Of a stretch of 64,000 nt of DNA, positions 1 through 12,615 are shown in pieces; the stretch's first letter is position 1, and each line of letters begins with the position of its first letter. The position numbers and the translations under genes were made by a program. The stretch spans positions 5,115,009-5,179,008 of the forward strand of contig CM082591.2 of the NCBI GenBank assembly GCA_040954595.2, read 5' to 3'. Origin of the DNA: Balanoglossus misakiensis. Its lineage: Eukaryota > Animalia > Hemichordata. The notes beneath the pieces are model-generated. The model saw nothing but the letters and a program-made list of their open reading frames with translations, was not told where the DNA came from and did no database searches.

Positions 1-2499
1 CGGCCGTGATTCATTTTGACGCTGGCCGAAACAATGTGAAATTGTTTGTATTGCGACTTGGAAGACGCAAAGGCGTGGTGCCGACCATGACTTCGCAATC
101 TCTGTAGAACCACTTGAGGCCAAAAATATCAGGAAGGCCACATTTTAAATATAAATGTCTTTAGCCTTTATAAAATTGGCCTAGTATCAAGTGGTAAAAT
201 TCCAATATCACTTGAACGTTGCACTTCATGTCCTACAGACAAACAGCTCAACAATATAACCGCCTATATTCGCCCCGATTGCTGTAAAACTAAGCAATTC
301 ACATTTTGCTGAAATACAGTAGATTTTTGGCAACTCTGATAATTTTTAACAGACCATGGAGTTCATAAACCGAAAATCCTTATACGGTTTCTAAGGAAAC
401 AACTTAAATGAATTAGAGTCCGACTTAGCACACATGTGTTTTGGCAGGGCAGAAACCTGTTCGATCTAATGATTCAAATTAATGAGTCAGATGGAAGCGT
501 TTCGGGTCGGGGTCAGGGTTCACCGTGACTAAATCAAATGCATGCTTCACCGACCCGACGCCGGTATGTTGACATGGAGACGCGACAAAACACTGGTATC
601 AGGTGCGTGACAACGCGTACGCTCCGAGTCACGTGACACCGACCTCCTACAACAAAGCCAACTACCAGCCGGTGTACAGTGTACATTGTATTATTGTCCG
701 GTCGATTGGCCCGTCGGCAGCTGTCGGCGGATAGGAAGCGTGTGTGGACGGCGAATGCTATGCTTGAAGCGTTAAACCCGAGCGACTGCAAGACACAGCG
801 ACTGCCAGCTCTCGTGCCCAGCCTCCTCGTTGAAAGGTAAATTTGTATTCTCAGGAATTTTTGTAGCGGCTTCAAGACTGTTGGTTTAAGGTCGTGTCCC
901 TCTTTTTAAAAAAAAATCGACTTCTGACCTGATCTCGCGACCAAGTTCATGAGCGTGTCTGCTCACCCCCCCCCCACCTCGCGGGCGTTCGTTAACCCCA
1001 GACCCATCCCTCCAAAGCATGAACGGATAACACATCCAGCAATGCAGCTCAGATTTAAAAGATTTCGACGGGCGAGGAATCTCTCAACTGACGACCGGTC
1101 AGTTTGTCGTCGGACGGCCGCGAGTATGTGCACATTTTGGACGTTAGACTTCCAGCGGCAGCGTTATCAGAACACTTGACATTATGAAGTATGTTGTTCT
1201 ATCGATTTTTTTACATCCCCCATGGCCGCTTTAATACAGCCCAAATGACATCATAAATCAGTGCGTATACCACGGTCGTTTCCATGGTTTCGGCCTAGTA
1301 TTTTGGGACCTACTTTGAAGAAGAAAATAAACCAGAACACGGAGCGACAATTTATGCTATTAATGCGCTGTTCGTTTGCTATGACTGTTTACTTATACTT
1401 CACAAGTGAGTTTGTTGTTTTTTCGCGAGGACACGGTCGGAGATTGTGGTTTCTCATGTAGTAGCCTACGTGCGCAAATATCGTATAACCATACATTTGG
1501 TAGACTACTGTCATGGTTAGTCCGACACATGTCTATTAGTCCACGCGTATGTTTGAGAACTGTGACGCTAACGGCACGATTTTTTTATGAACTCGGTCAA
1601 GTCATCATGATAGACAATAACATTTTATTACCCTCGTTGTCTGCAACGTGGTAAACTTGGTTCGATTCGGCAGTTTCGTACCCCCACACGGATCACGTTG
1701 CAATCCCCGTGTGGTCGTCTGGAGAAAACTACACTGAACACACGCACGACACCGACCCAAGACAAATTGCGGTACTTGACACACGAGCATTGGCAATATC
1801 TTGAAACGTTCAGACCAGCCTGCACAACACCAAACACCGTCAGCGGTGCACCCGGCATTGATACCGTTGTGGTCAACGAACGGTCACACACGTTTGGACG
1901 ACAGTATGATCAATTCGCTGGTTTAATCGTGGTAACAGTGTCGGACTCGTCTCCATGAGCAGTGTGTGTATACCGCCGCGTAACCCTGCTCTAAAATCGC
2001 GGTATTTGACAGTTTTTTCTTTAAAAAACTGACATGTTGTTCAAAAATTGACTTTTCTGTTCAAACGACAAATCTCTCTGTTTCCACATTGTAATTCAGG
2101 AAACTTGTGTGGGTTTTGAATCGTCCGGAGAGATTAGCCAAAGCACACTTGAACACTTCACATGTCAACCTACATATTCTGTCGGCAGAATCACCTGGGT
2201 TGCAGTAATGCGAGATGCATAGCCTAATCCTTAACGCGTGATGAAATGTCGTATGTTTTGACCGAGCTGTTTGCCCGTAACTGAAACCGCTTACTTGGGG
2301 GTGCAGTCTGACAAAGGACGATACCAAAACGGACCCTAACCGACCCTTGGTCGCGTTTGGCCCCGGTCAGCTGTCGCAGACACCCGTTGACCCGGCTCCG
2401 TTCGTGTTCGCTACTGGGTCCGTTTTGGATTGGGCCTTTACTAAAATACACATGATTATGACCCAATCCTGACTCTCTGTATTTTTTCTACGTTTTCAG

Positions 2500-2956
2500 A
2501 GGTATGAAACAAGAGCCCGCCCGTCAACCGCGCCGGCCAGTCAGGAGTAAACGGACAGAGGCTAGGAAAGTGTCCCCCGTGCGAGCAAACTCACCTTCTG
2601 ACGACGACTTTGTCGAATCCGAGGAAACGGAAACGGAAATGGAAATACAAGAAACCGGAAGTCTTTCGTCGAACGACAGTGAGGTCACTGAACTGCCCGG
2701 ACAGAACAACAACGTGTCGTCCATGTTCTCGGCGAATCAGACGAACGCACAAAATGCAACAACGAACTCAAGAAACGGCTCACCTCCTTCGAGTTTTCCG
2801 AATTACTCCAGACAGGCATGGGACACAAGTTCAGACGCCGCAGGCCACAAACAAGAGAAACAAGAAAAATCGCGGGGTAAAATGGTCAAAATGTTCAAAT
2901 CCATGAAGCTGAGGCGACCCAGGATGAGGGAGAAAAACAGAGTGAAAGAACTCTAA
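2500..2956 (+). CDS. Terminal coding exon of an unidentified gene whose upstream exons were not identified (Ser/acidic low-complexity region, basic C-terminus)
   Basis: Polypyrimidine acceptor (attttttctacgttttcag) ends at 2499 and opens a ~150-codon frame to TAA at 2954-2956. AT-rich UTR-like sequence with AATAAA follows. No recognisable domain. Confidence 0.55.
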
Positions 2957-4358
2957 CAAAGCACAGAACGCCCCCACCGGAAAGTATTGTCCAACCGGAA
3001 CTTCCCAGAATGCACCCCTTGAAACATTTATGCTGGATAGTGTTTACCCGACGAAAATGGCGTTATATTTTGACTTTGGTGATGAATATCAGCCGTCCAG
3101 CTGGTGGATTTTCCCACATTTTGTACATATTTCGATTGAAGGGTTACAGTACTGATTTGTTGTCGTTGCTGTTGTCGTTTTTTGTTTCGACAGCCATTAA
3201 ACTTATAGGAACTACATGCGTTGTTTTTTTATTTATAATAATGGAACTGAAAAAAAAAATACACCTAATGGGGTTTCAAGTTACAAATATGTAAGTTTTG
3301 GACTTCAAATTGAAGTACTATTTGACTGGTAAAACTGAATTTTTGTGTTATGTAAAGATTTATACCGACTATCTCGGCGTTAGTGTTTATAAAATAAAAT
3401 TAAATATGGTGAATGCTTTTCTAATTCGTCTGTATGGTTTTCGTTCTCCAGGTTGTAGCATGCATTTACGTAAAAGTGTTAAATCCTTATTCAACACATC
3501 TAGACCCGGAATATTTACGAGGGAAAAGAGTCATTTATTTTCGGAAAATTAGTATAAAAGTACAAAATTTTCATTTCGAGTGCAAAAACGGTATATTCGA
3601 AAAGTTTATACAAACTATCCGCAAGATTCGAGCATTTCATAAAAAAATATTTGTTCATGTTTAAAGCTGTTTAATAGTACTTTATAAAAATCATAAAAAA
3701 GTTAAAACGTTTATCTCAAAATTTATACACAACTGTATAAAAATACTGTTTTGGCAGTGAACTGGAGGGCCCTTTATCGGCACAATCCGCCGTTGAGGGC
3801 ACTGTTACAAAGTTGTAAAATCTCGAAAAGAGTACTTATACATGTCAAGTCTTTCAAAAAAGTAGTCAAACTCCGATTAAAATATGAAATAAAGAAAGAT
3901 ACAGTTTTGATTCAGGAAAATTAAAGACAGATTCCGAATACACTGGTCGGCAGGCAAGGACATAAATTGTTTTCGGAATCTTAAACTAGAATGGCAAAGC
4001 TTGAACACGGCATGTACCCACGGGTCCTTAATATAAGGCTTCACCGTTTGCAAGTTTTCGAAGACAATACATTCGAGCGACCCTGGCTCTTTAAACTGAT
4101 TAATAGGCACATTTGGTGCAGTTCGTCTGCTTTCGAGTCCCATTCCGGGAGAGTAATGATTTAAATTTACAATAAACCATTTAAAAATTGAAAAAAAGTA
4201 AATCCACACCACTCAATGCATCACGCAAGCCAGTCAAATCTCTCAGATGAAAACAACGTGACAGAGAAACAACGAACAAGTAAAGTCTGGGATCCGTGTA
4301 TCAGCAAATTCGTTTTAAAGTGTGAAAATTCACATTCGCATTTTAAAATCAGACTTAA

Positions 4359-4436
4359 AGGGGCACATACCTGTATTATGCACAGCTGACCCCTTTTCAT
4401 ACCAATAGAAATGCCCACACCAATAAATATGGGCCT
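4359..4436. mobile_element. Short TTAA-flanked MITE-like element (AGG...CCT ends), related to 44985-45074
   Basis: ttaa|aggggcacata...tatgggcct|ttaa. The reverse complement shares both ends and the internal gtgggcat and gtgcataa with 44985-45074. Confidence 0.55.
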
Positions 4437-5009
4437 TTAAGGACATGTATTTTGTAGAAAAGACACAATTTATACAATTCTTGTTCATCCGTCTGATCGA
4501 GACACTGGTGGATGACCTATGTTAATCACGACAACAAATCTGAGCACAATACAGCCAAAACATCAGAACCTGGACGAAATTGGTCAATTAATTTAGTCTT
4601 GCGCGTGATTCTGTGATTTTTTGGCAAGAAAAAAAATGGTGCGAATTCTAGAAAAAACTGAAGTGGCAGAAAGGTTAACTGGTTATGTTTAGAAAAAAAG
4701 GTAAGATAAAAAAAACTCTCTCTGGTGGTCCAGGAATATTCAAAATGTCCGCTCTCTAGCACGATTTGGCTGCAAGATCCAATTGCAGCTGTTGCCATGA
4801 CATCGCGTCACGTGGCTGCGCAGTTCTCTTCGACTAAGAACGCATGATGCGCCGGTCTTGTTTTACCACAAAATGAGTTGAGGGCGTACTCTCAAGAACA
4901 TTGTCCAACAGCCGTTCGCTCGCAGGAACATGGACAATAGCGATTGTCAGTGACGTCACATCTGGTATGATGTCAAAATATGACTGTTACATGATGGTCA
5001 ATGCGCATC

Positions 5010-7084
5010 TCATGACGTTTCTCCATCCGCATGTGATGACGTCATAGGTATTTCCGAAAACAACGGCGATATCATGGAACTCGCAAGGGCAGCGCCTGTA
5101 GGAGGGGTTGTATTCAAAAAGGTGAGCGTTTTCTCCGAGATGAATTTGTAATGAAGTTTCTTTTTGTACTTGATGATGATGTTTTTCTTCCCATAATCCC
5201 TCAGCGCCCGCGCCATCTTTTGATACGTCATCACCTTCCGGTTGCCCTTGGTCGACCCCCAGCTCTTCGCGAACAGTTCCTTGCCGCCGGAGAAGAACTT
5301 GAAGATGCCGTTGTTTCTGTCCACCCATGTGAGCATCTCGCCAGACAGCTTGTTGTCGAGGCACCGCAAAATGTACTCCCAGAGTAAAGGCTGCCCTCTA
5401 CCGACTGCAAGAAGACAACGAGGAAAAGATTAAACGGTTGATTGCACCCATTTCTTGTAGGAAGTGTCGTGAACTTTATGGTAGATTAATACGCATACCC
5501 CCTTTATATGTATATAAAATAAACAGACCATAATGTCAACCTAAGGTTTTCTTGATTTTTTGAATGTTATCTATATTTTGTTAAATTTTTGTGAAAATTC
5601 GAACATTTTCAAAAAACAACAACAATATAAGTTACCTTTCTTGCGCTTTTTCTCGGATTCTGGTTTCGGCGGCCTCCCGGGGCCCTTTCTTCGGCCTTTC
5701 ATGACCGATATCGGCGGCGGGCACGTCGTATTGGTGTTCGGACTGGTCGACCAGTCGCTCTGCTGGTAGTCAGGCGCCGGCGCGGCCTGCGCGTACGACA
5801 TCCCGTTGCCGCAGTAACCCATGCCCGGCTCCGTCTTGATGTAGTCGACGTGCATCGGCCCGCCGTACGGATAGTCGACACCCGTGTCCATGGCCATGGG
5901 GGTGTTGGGCGGCGTGATGCTGTGGCCACCGATCATCGGGTTGGGAGCTCGGGTCCACACGTCGCTCATCATGGCGTAGGAATTTACGGGCGTCTTCATC
6001 TCGTACAGCCCCGCGCCGAGTTGACCAGCGTACGGTTTCGTCGGCGACGCGGACGCGTGGATGTCGGTAGCGTGGTAGCAATCGGACGCGTAACCGGAGT
6101 CTGACGGAGAAGTCGGCAAATCACAATCGGCACCTGGATCTTCCATGGCTTGTCTGATAATCTGTCATTCAGGAAAAAAGTGTTTATTCAATCAAAAATC
6201 ATAAAAAAACATGGAAGTTCACGAAAAATTCGCAACGTGAGTCAACTCTGACGCGATGTGATTGGTTGCAACGATTTAGGGTATAACAAAAATTCCTGAT
6301 TCTCCGTCAATTGTTTTAATTACATGGAACAAAAATGCGACTGTTTGTTCAAGAATATGACAAAAATGGTAAAAAGATGGAAGTTCGCGAAAAATTCACT
6401 GCGCAGTTTTAGCGCACCCATGGCATGTTGTTATCGACTATAACACTTGAAATATTATTGCAAATATGTAGGTATTCAATGACATATGGACTTCAAGAGA
6501 ACAAATAAAAATATTGTTCCTTTTTTAAAGAAAAAAAATTATAATTAATCACAAAGGGTTAAATACATCATAAAATTTAAAAAAAATGACCTAAAAATTC
6601 CAGTTGAAGACTGAAACCGCCGTTGATACATGCAAGGAAATTACTGGGAAAACAGCCAAAATTTATAGTGTTCCTGGGGCTTTAAGTTGGCCGATTCATT
6701 CCTTGGTAAAGGGAATGTCGAAATATGTAGGTACGAATGTTTTGGGGGAACGCACGGTATAATGGGTGACTGTGGCGAAGCTTTCCATGCACATTAACCA
6801 TACAGAGGGGCTCCCATACCCCTATTTGTTACCCTGGTGTTTTCAAAGTTCATTTGGCGGACAATCTTTATTGCACAATCATATGACATTGAGTGACCAT
6901 CGTGTTTGCGATTCGGGCGTTGACACTACTTTCGTGCTATCACGACGCGTTGACGCTTTGTCACGACTACTATAGTCTGTTTACGCGGATGACGTCAATA
7001 ATCTGAACTTCCAGACAACAAAGTCTCAAGACCGTGATGGTTACCGACAAAATATTACAGAGAGGGACAAACAGACAGACATGC

Positions 7085-7123
<39 letters not shown>

Positions 7124-9124
7124 AATGACAGATAGACAGAGAGAGACATACTAGAAAAATTTCAAATATTGCTTTGATATGCATACCTCTTTCATATCTC
7201 CGTCAACATCACAACCATAGCTATGTTGTTCCGGCATCATTGAATCTGTATATGAAGACATGGGTACTGCAAAAATAAGGAATATAGACTTTAGTTACTA
7301 TTCGCATTTAACCTGGTCCAAGTTTACACAGAAAAGGTACGCTAACGCGTCACGTACCATCGTGTCACGGCAGTATCCTCTGGGATATACAGATTGGCCA
7401 CATTTAATTAACATCTCGGAGACAAGAAAATAATCGTACAGTGAGGATAAAACACTAAAAAAACCTTATCCGGAGCAAACTCTCTCCAGTTTCCTGGCCC
7501 TACTGTAGTTAGTGATTTTTATCTAAAGCAAGTCATTCTGTGTGTTTGATAAGCCAAGCTGACATCGCTAAGTTTCAGATAAGAATAACGGTTTTCTAAG
7601 TAAGACGCGACGTACTTTGAGAAACATTTCACAACTTTCAAAAGACATTTCCGTTAATTGTGAGACTGTGCTGTCCGTTTTGTCTAGTTCTGCAAAGCGA
7701 AAGTGAAAAGAGTCTAGACTACTCGCAGTATCATTTTATAAAATGATCGATTAGGTTTTTTTCTTTTCTCTGGGAGTTCAATTCATTCAAGCGCGTTTCT
7801 TTTTCTCTCCAGGATGTCCTCTTATCACATAAAACACTTGCATGAAGTTCCACCGAATTCTATTCTTTAATTTATAAGGGTTATGTTTGAAAGACAACGA
7901 GAATTTTGAGCACAATATAATTGCACGTCGGGCACATAGGCATAATATGCGTGGAAGCTATCTTTTAGAGCCGTTACATTACACACATCGTATTCTCGAA
8001 GACAACGCGACCATATTTCTTTTGCGACATACCACGCTACGTTGGAACCCGCCTCCCACTATTGAATTCAAACCCGACTCTGACAAAATAGCATGACGTC
8101 ACGCCGTCATCTATAGTGTAGCTTCGCATCGTACCTTTCCAATATTCCAGACACTGGAAGATGACGTCATCGTTTGGGAATATCGCCTTGAACTCGGTTT
8201 CCGTCGTCGAGCAGAGCTGCTCGCCGTTGATTTTGTATTTCCGGATAGTTGCCGTGAAATCGTCGACGATGGAGCAGTTCTTCACCATCAAACCGATCCA
8301 CGTCACGACCTGGTCGACTGACCAATACCTTGGATCTGGTGTGAAGATATAAAAATATTCAATATAAGCTTCACTATGGGGAAAAGGCTGAATCCAGAGC
8401 TGTTGAAAACATTTCATTTTCCCCATAACAGCGGAGTGTCTTAATTGACAAAGTCGCTATAGCTTGCGACATATTTTCTTTATTTCATTTTTTTCGATAT
8501 GCTTATAATGTGTTGTTCTATGCACTGAAACATGATTGTCATTCAAAAGTGGATAAAACACGATAACACGTAAATCATTTAGTCCGTACCCAAAAGTATA
8601 ATTTTATAAGTATTCATGTGTTATACCCATGTACAGGGTGTGAAATGAGTATAGTTTGCCGTCGCCATTTGTAATGGCGCATAAGTAATTATTGTAGGTT
8701 CCTCCTACCTTCTGGTAGACAATTTGTGGCGCAAACTTCTCTTTTTTCGCGTTGGGTCATTTTGCTCATTTCTGAGTGGACGACGGCGTTGACAAGGTCG
8801 AATTCTCGTTTCTCTGGCTCGGATAACTGCAAGAAAGGAGATGACGGGAGTTTTATGAAGTGATTTGAAAAGTAACGTACGAAGTACATAGATAGATACA
8901 TAGATGCATAGATTCATAGATACATACATACATTGTACATACATACATACAGACAGACAGACAGACTGCAGACAGGCAGGCAGGCAGGCAGGCAGGCAGG
9001 TAGGCAGGCATACCTTGAGTTCGGTGTCGTTAGGAAGACCTGGGCTCATCTCAACTTCGTCCCACATCTCGAACTGGTCCGAAGTAAACTCTCTCGCACT
9101 CGTCTGGGAAAATTCCGTTCGCAT
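5010..9124 (-). CDS. ETS transcription factor A: Spi/PU.1-type ETS domain with N-terminal PNT (SAM) domain and AT-hook-like/NLS motif, ~476 aa
   Basis: complement(join(5010..5404,5636..6161,7187..7266,8135..8335,8709..8826,9014..9124)); all introns GT..AG and frame-consistent, with an in-frame stop upstream of the ATG. PNT: LPEDPRYWSVDQVVTWI...INGEQLC...FQCLEYWK. ETS: PLLWEYIL...WVDRNNGIFKF...WGSTKGNRKVMTYQKMARALRDYGK...KKKLHYKF, matching the PU.1 signature KGNRKKMTYQKMARALRNY. Confidence 0.9.
7071..7123. repeat. (CAGA)n microsatellite in an ETS-A intron
   Basis: Seen directly. Confidence 0.9.
8885..9011. repeat. Compound tetranucleotide microsatellite (TACA/TAGA/CAGA/CAGG) in an ETS-A intron
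   Basis: Seen directly; abuts the donor at 9012-9013. Confidence 0.85.
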
Positions 9125-12100
9125 ATCTGTGGTTGTCTCGACAAATTTCTATGATCACCAATTCAAAGACTCGATCGGTTGGTTCAGAACAGGGTCCTAG
9201 AATGTCAATAAGAAGTGAGGAATGGAAATGAATTAACATCATCTATATACCAAACGTAGCATTTTTGATACAGAAGGAATTAATTTATGTTACCCACATT
9301 TCATTTATTCAACTAGGAAAACGGTGTATCGTTTCAGTAAACAACGACTAATATACTTGTCTACCAAGAAAACGGTTTCAATGGATTATTATGTTAACCA
9401 TGCAGTCTTTTCAGAATCACTGACTTTTTGACACGGATGTTTTGGATGATGGTTTAATAACCCCTCTCTCACTCTCTTGCAAATGCTTCCCCGGGTGAAG
9501 TCCTTGAAATTATCACGATGTAAACAAAAGGCAGACATGACATGTTTATCTGGCGCTTTGTGGTGAGAGACGCACGGTTGTAATGGGAAAATAATTTTCA
9601 TCGAGAGTTCTGCAAAAGTAAAAATGGTGGATTGCTTTTTCTGCGGGTTGCTTGGCGCAAAGAGAGGTTAGAATCTATCAACAAAATTAACCAATAAACA
9701 TGTCAGCAGATTCCAAAAGGCAGAGAAATACAGAAATTATTCAAGTTGAAAAAAAAAACAATCGATCGGGTGACCATGAGTTAGATAATATTGTTATGTT
9801 GCGTGCCGATCACGATAAAAGTTAGCGAGCGAGCGACGCAAAGTCACGCAAAGGAACTTTTCTGCTGACATTTGTGAACTATTGCACTTTTTGTGAATCG
9901 TCACCGTGACGTAATCAACTGTTGCTTGACTTCAATGAGGCGTGTCAGATCGATGCACTATAATTAGAGAATACTTTTTTTTGTAGAAGTACATTCATTA
10001 CTAGTAAACATCAACTGCAAAACAGAAGCGAACGGGAAAAAACTATAAGCAAATATAGCTCACGGATTTGATGCCGGTCTTGTGTGACGCCGCTTGTGTA
10101 CGAAACTCACAAAAACATCGCCAGGTTCCGCAAATCCGAGAAAAAAAACGTTCTCCAAAAATAATTCCAGCACAGTCGAGATGAGATGAGATGGATGGAT
10201 GCCCGGGGAACAACCGAACCGATGAGCTACCCTCTGCAGCGTCGTCGGCGCATATAACCCACGCGACCAAATCGCGCCCGCGTATCAACGGGGCCACTAA
10301 TCCAATCAAGAGGGGTTACTCCTCCCCGAAATTTAAACAAGATAGCGTGCCCGATACCGACAAGTTCTCCATTTCCATGTACACATAAATTAAGATACGG
10401 CTAACCTCGGCGTCGTGTTCCAATCATTCTTCTCGAAATCAGAACAGCTGATTTAATAATTAGATTTTTTCGTAGAATTAGTGCCCCTTAGGTCACCGAT
10501 GGGTTTGAAATCTCCAAGCCTAGCTCGAGTGTTTGTTTTTCACACCGAACCGCGTTTTAAATTCCAGCGGTACTTGTTCGACGCTATGCGTTCTCATGGA
10601 AAAGAATTAGCGCTGTGCGATTTATGGAGGATCTGAGCGATACAGCTGATAAGTGGACGTTTACTGCTTAAGTTTAAATGGCGTTTTCTGCTGCCAGTGT
10701 TTGAATGTAGGTTTCCTGGCGAGGGTTTATGCTGGACTAGTCCACTTGTCGCTTGTCGTTTTTGTCTCTAAAGATTCTCAACTTGTTCGCTATGTCTCAA
10801 TTACTAGTACCTTTCATAGGTTTGTTTACATACACGGCTGAGTTTCGGTACTGAGTTTCAGTAAGCTTACTGTTTTACGCGAACCGCACACATCCATAGA
10901 AACTCAGAACAAATTTAGCTGAAATTCATTAGGAAATAATTCGAACCCAAAGACTTTGGTTAAGTCTAGGTTCATGCCATCTTTTCAAGCAAAGATACGA
11001 CAGACAATGTGTATAATATACTTGACAGTTTACAGGTTTCATGTAAGCTCGTCTTGTGCCAGTCCGTTTCCGAGAGAAGAGAGAGCGACTCCCTTTGTGA
11101 AAAAAACGACACTGAGAAAACCACCCCGGTTGTGTAAGACTGTAAAAATTGCCAAACTGTTTCTGTTTGTCCGTGGCACTCAGGCCTAACGTGTCGCCCG
11201 TCAAGACAACTGACCGTGTCGGCCGTGCTCCCCTCGAATAAACGGCAACGACTTACTACTACGTGCCTTCGCTGTACGTGTACATGTTCAAAGGTTAGGA
11301 AATTTGCAGATCACCACGCCGTTTAAAAAGCCCTTTAACGCTATCTTAAAGTTGCATTAAACAAATAACGCGTTCGTTTTCGATTAGCGACAGAAGCTCG
11401 CAAACACCCAATCTTCGTCTGAACGCTGAGAGCAGCAAGAATGCTTCGGACACGGCGCGGACGGATTATGTGCGGGACAACGCAACGGCACAAGCGGAAC
11501 GTATCGATTGATCACCGACTGCAAGCACCGCAATGCTGATAAAAAATATCTAACCAGGTGAATGAATTGATCGGGATTACGCAAATGTTGAATATTTGAA
11601 GCTAAAGGTCTTGTCTATATATATTGTGCCGATTTAAGAGTTTTTGGCCCAGCCTGGAGAGCCAATCTCAAATTCAGCCACCGTTGACCGCGAGTCGAGT
11701 GACATGAGCGTCCCGTCGTGGCTGCAGTCTCCGTGAAACCAAACGATTCACGCCACCATCACTGTGTCCGTCGACCGACGATTGCCAAGAAAACCGCATC
11801 GTTCAGATTTGAAGTTCTGAGGCTTGTTTTTCGTGTTGGATTTTTGCCGCGCTCAGTATTTGTCTGTGACAAGTCGCAGCACCGTCCTGTGGTCGCAGCA
11901 AGCGACTCAGAATTGCATTTCGAATTTCGTTTTCCTTGTTTGTGCACGTAGGCATCATAACATCACCAGCTACCACACTATATCATTAATACGACAATGC
12001 AAAGTCATAAGGGCACGGTGCAGTTGACGGGCAACGTTCCGTGTTTATTCCACCCGTCGTAATGCATAAGAAATCACCGTATACCATCACACGGGATTTA

Positions 12101-12519
12101 CATAATCCCGGACATGATTTAAAACCCGGAGCATCATTTCTGTGGGTGATAAATAATTTGGAAATCCCAGGCACTCGGTCCATAAATAGATAATTTATTG
12201 AGGTAAACAGTTTGGGGTATGATTGACAGACGCACAAAGCACACCGTTGATAGGTAACACCGTTATGTACACAAGCCCGCGTTTTGTATTTAATTATAAC
12301 GGTATCAGATACCTGAAGATAATGCTTATCTTACAAGCAACCATGTACGTGATGATACTGCCTTTACTGGAAGCAGTCAAACGAACGCAGAACGGAGTGG
12401 GTGCTTTTTGCGCTACCGTTCCGAGTGGTTTGGATCGAGTGATCGATTTGAGCATGAATGCTTAGATGGCGAGGAAGCAAGAGAAAGACGAGATGGAATC
12501 CGAAGGGGGAGAGACAGAT

Positions 12520-12615
12520 ATTCATTCATTCATTCATTCATTCATTCATTCATTCATTCATTCATTCATTCATTCATTCATTCATTCATTCATTCATTCA
12601 TTCATTCATTCATTC
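12520..12615. repeat. (ATTC)24 microsatellite
   Basis: Seen directly. Confidence 0.95.
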
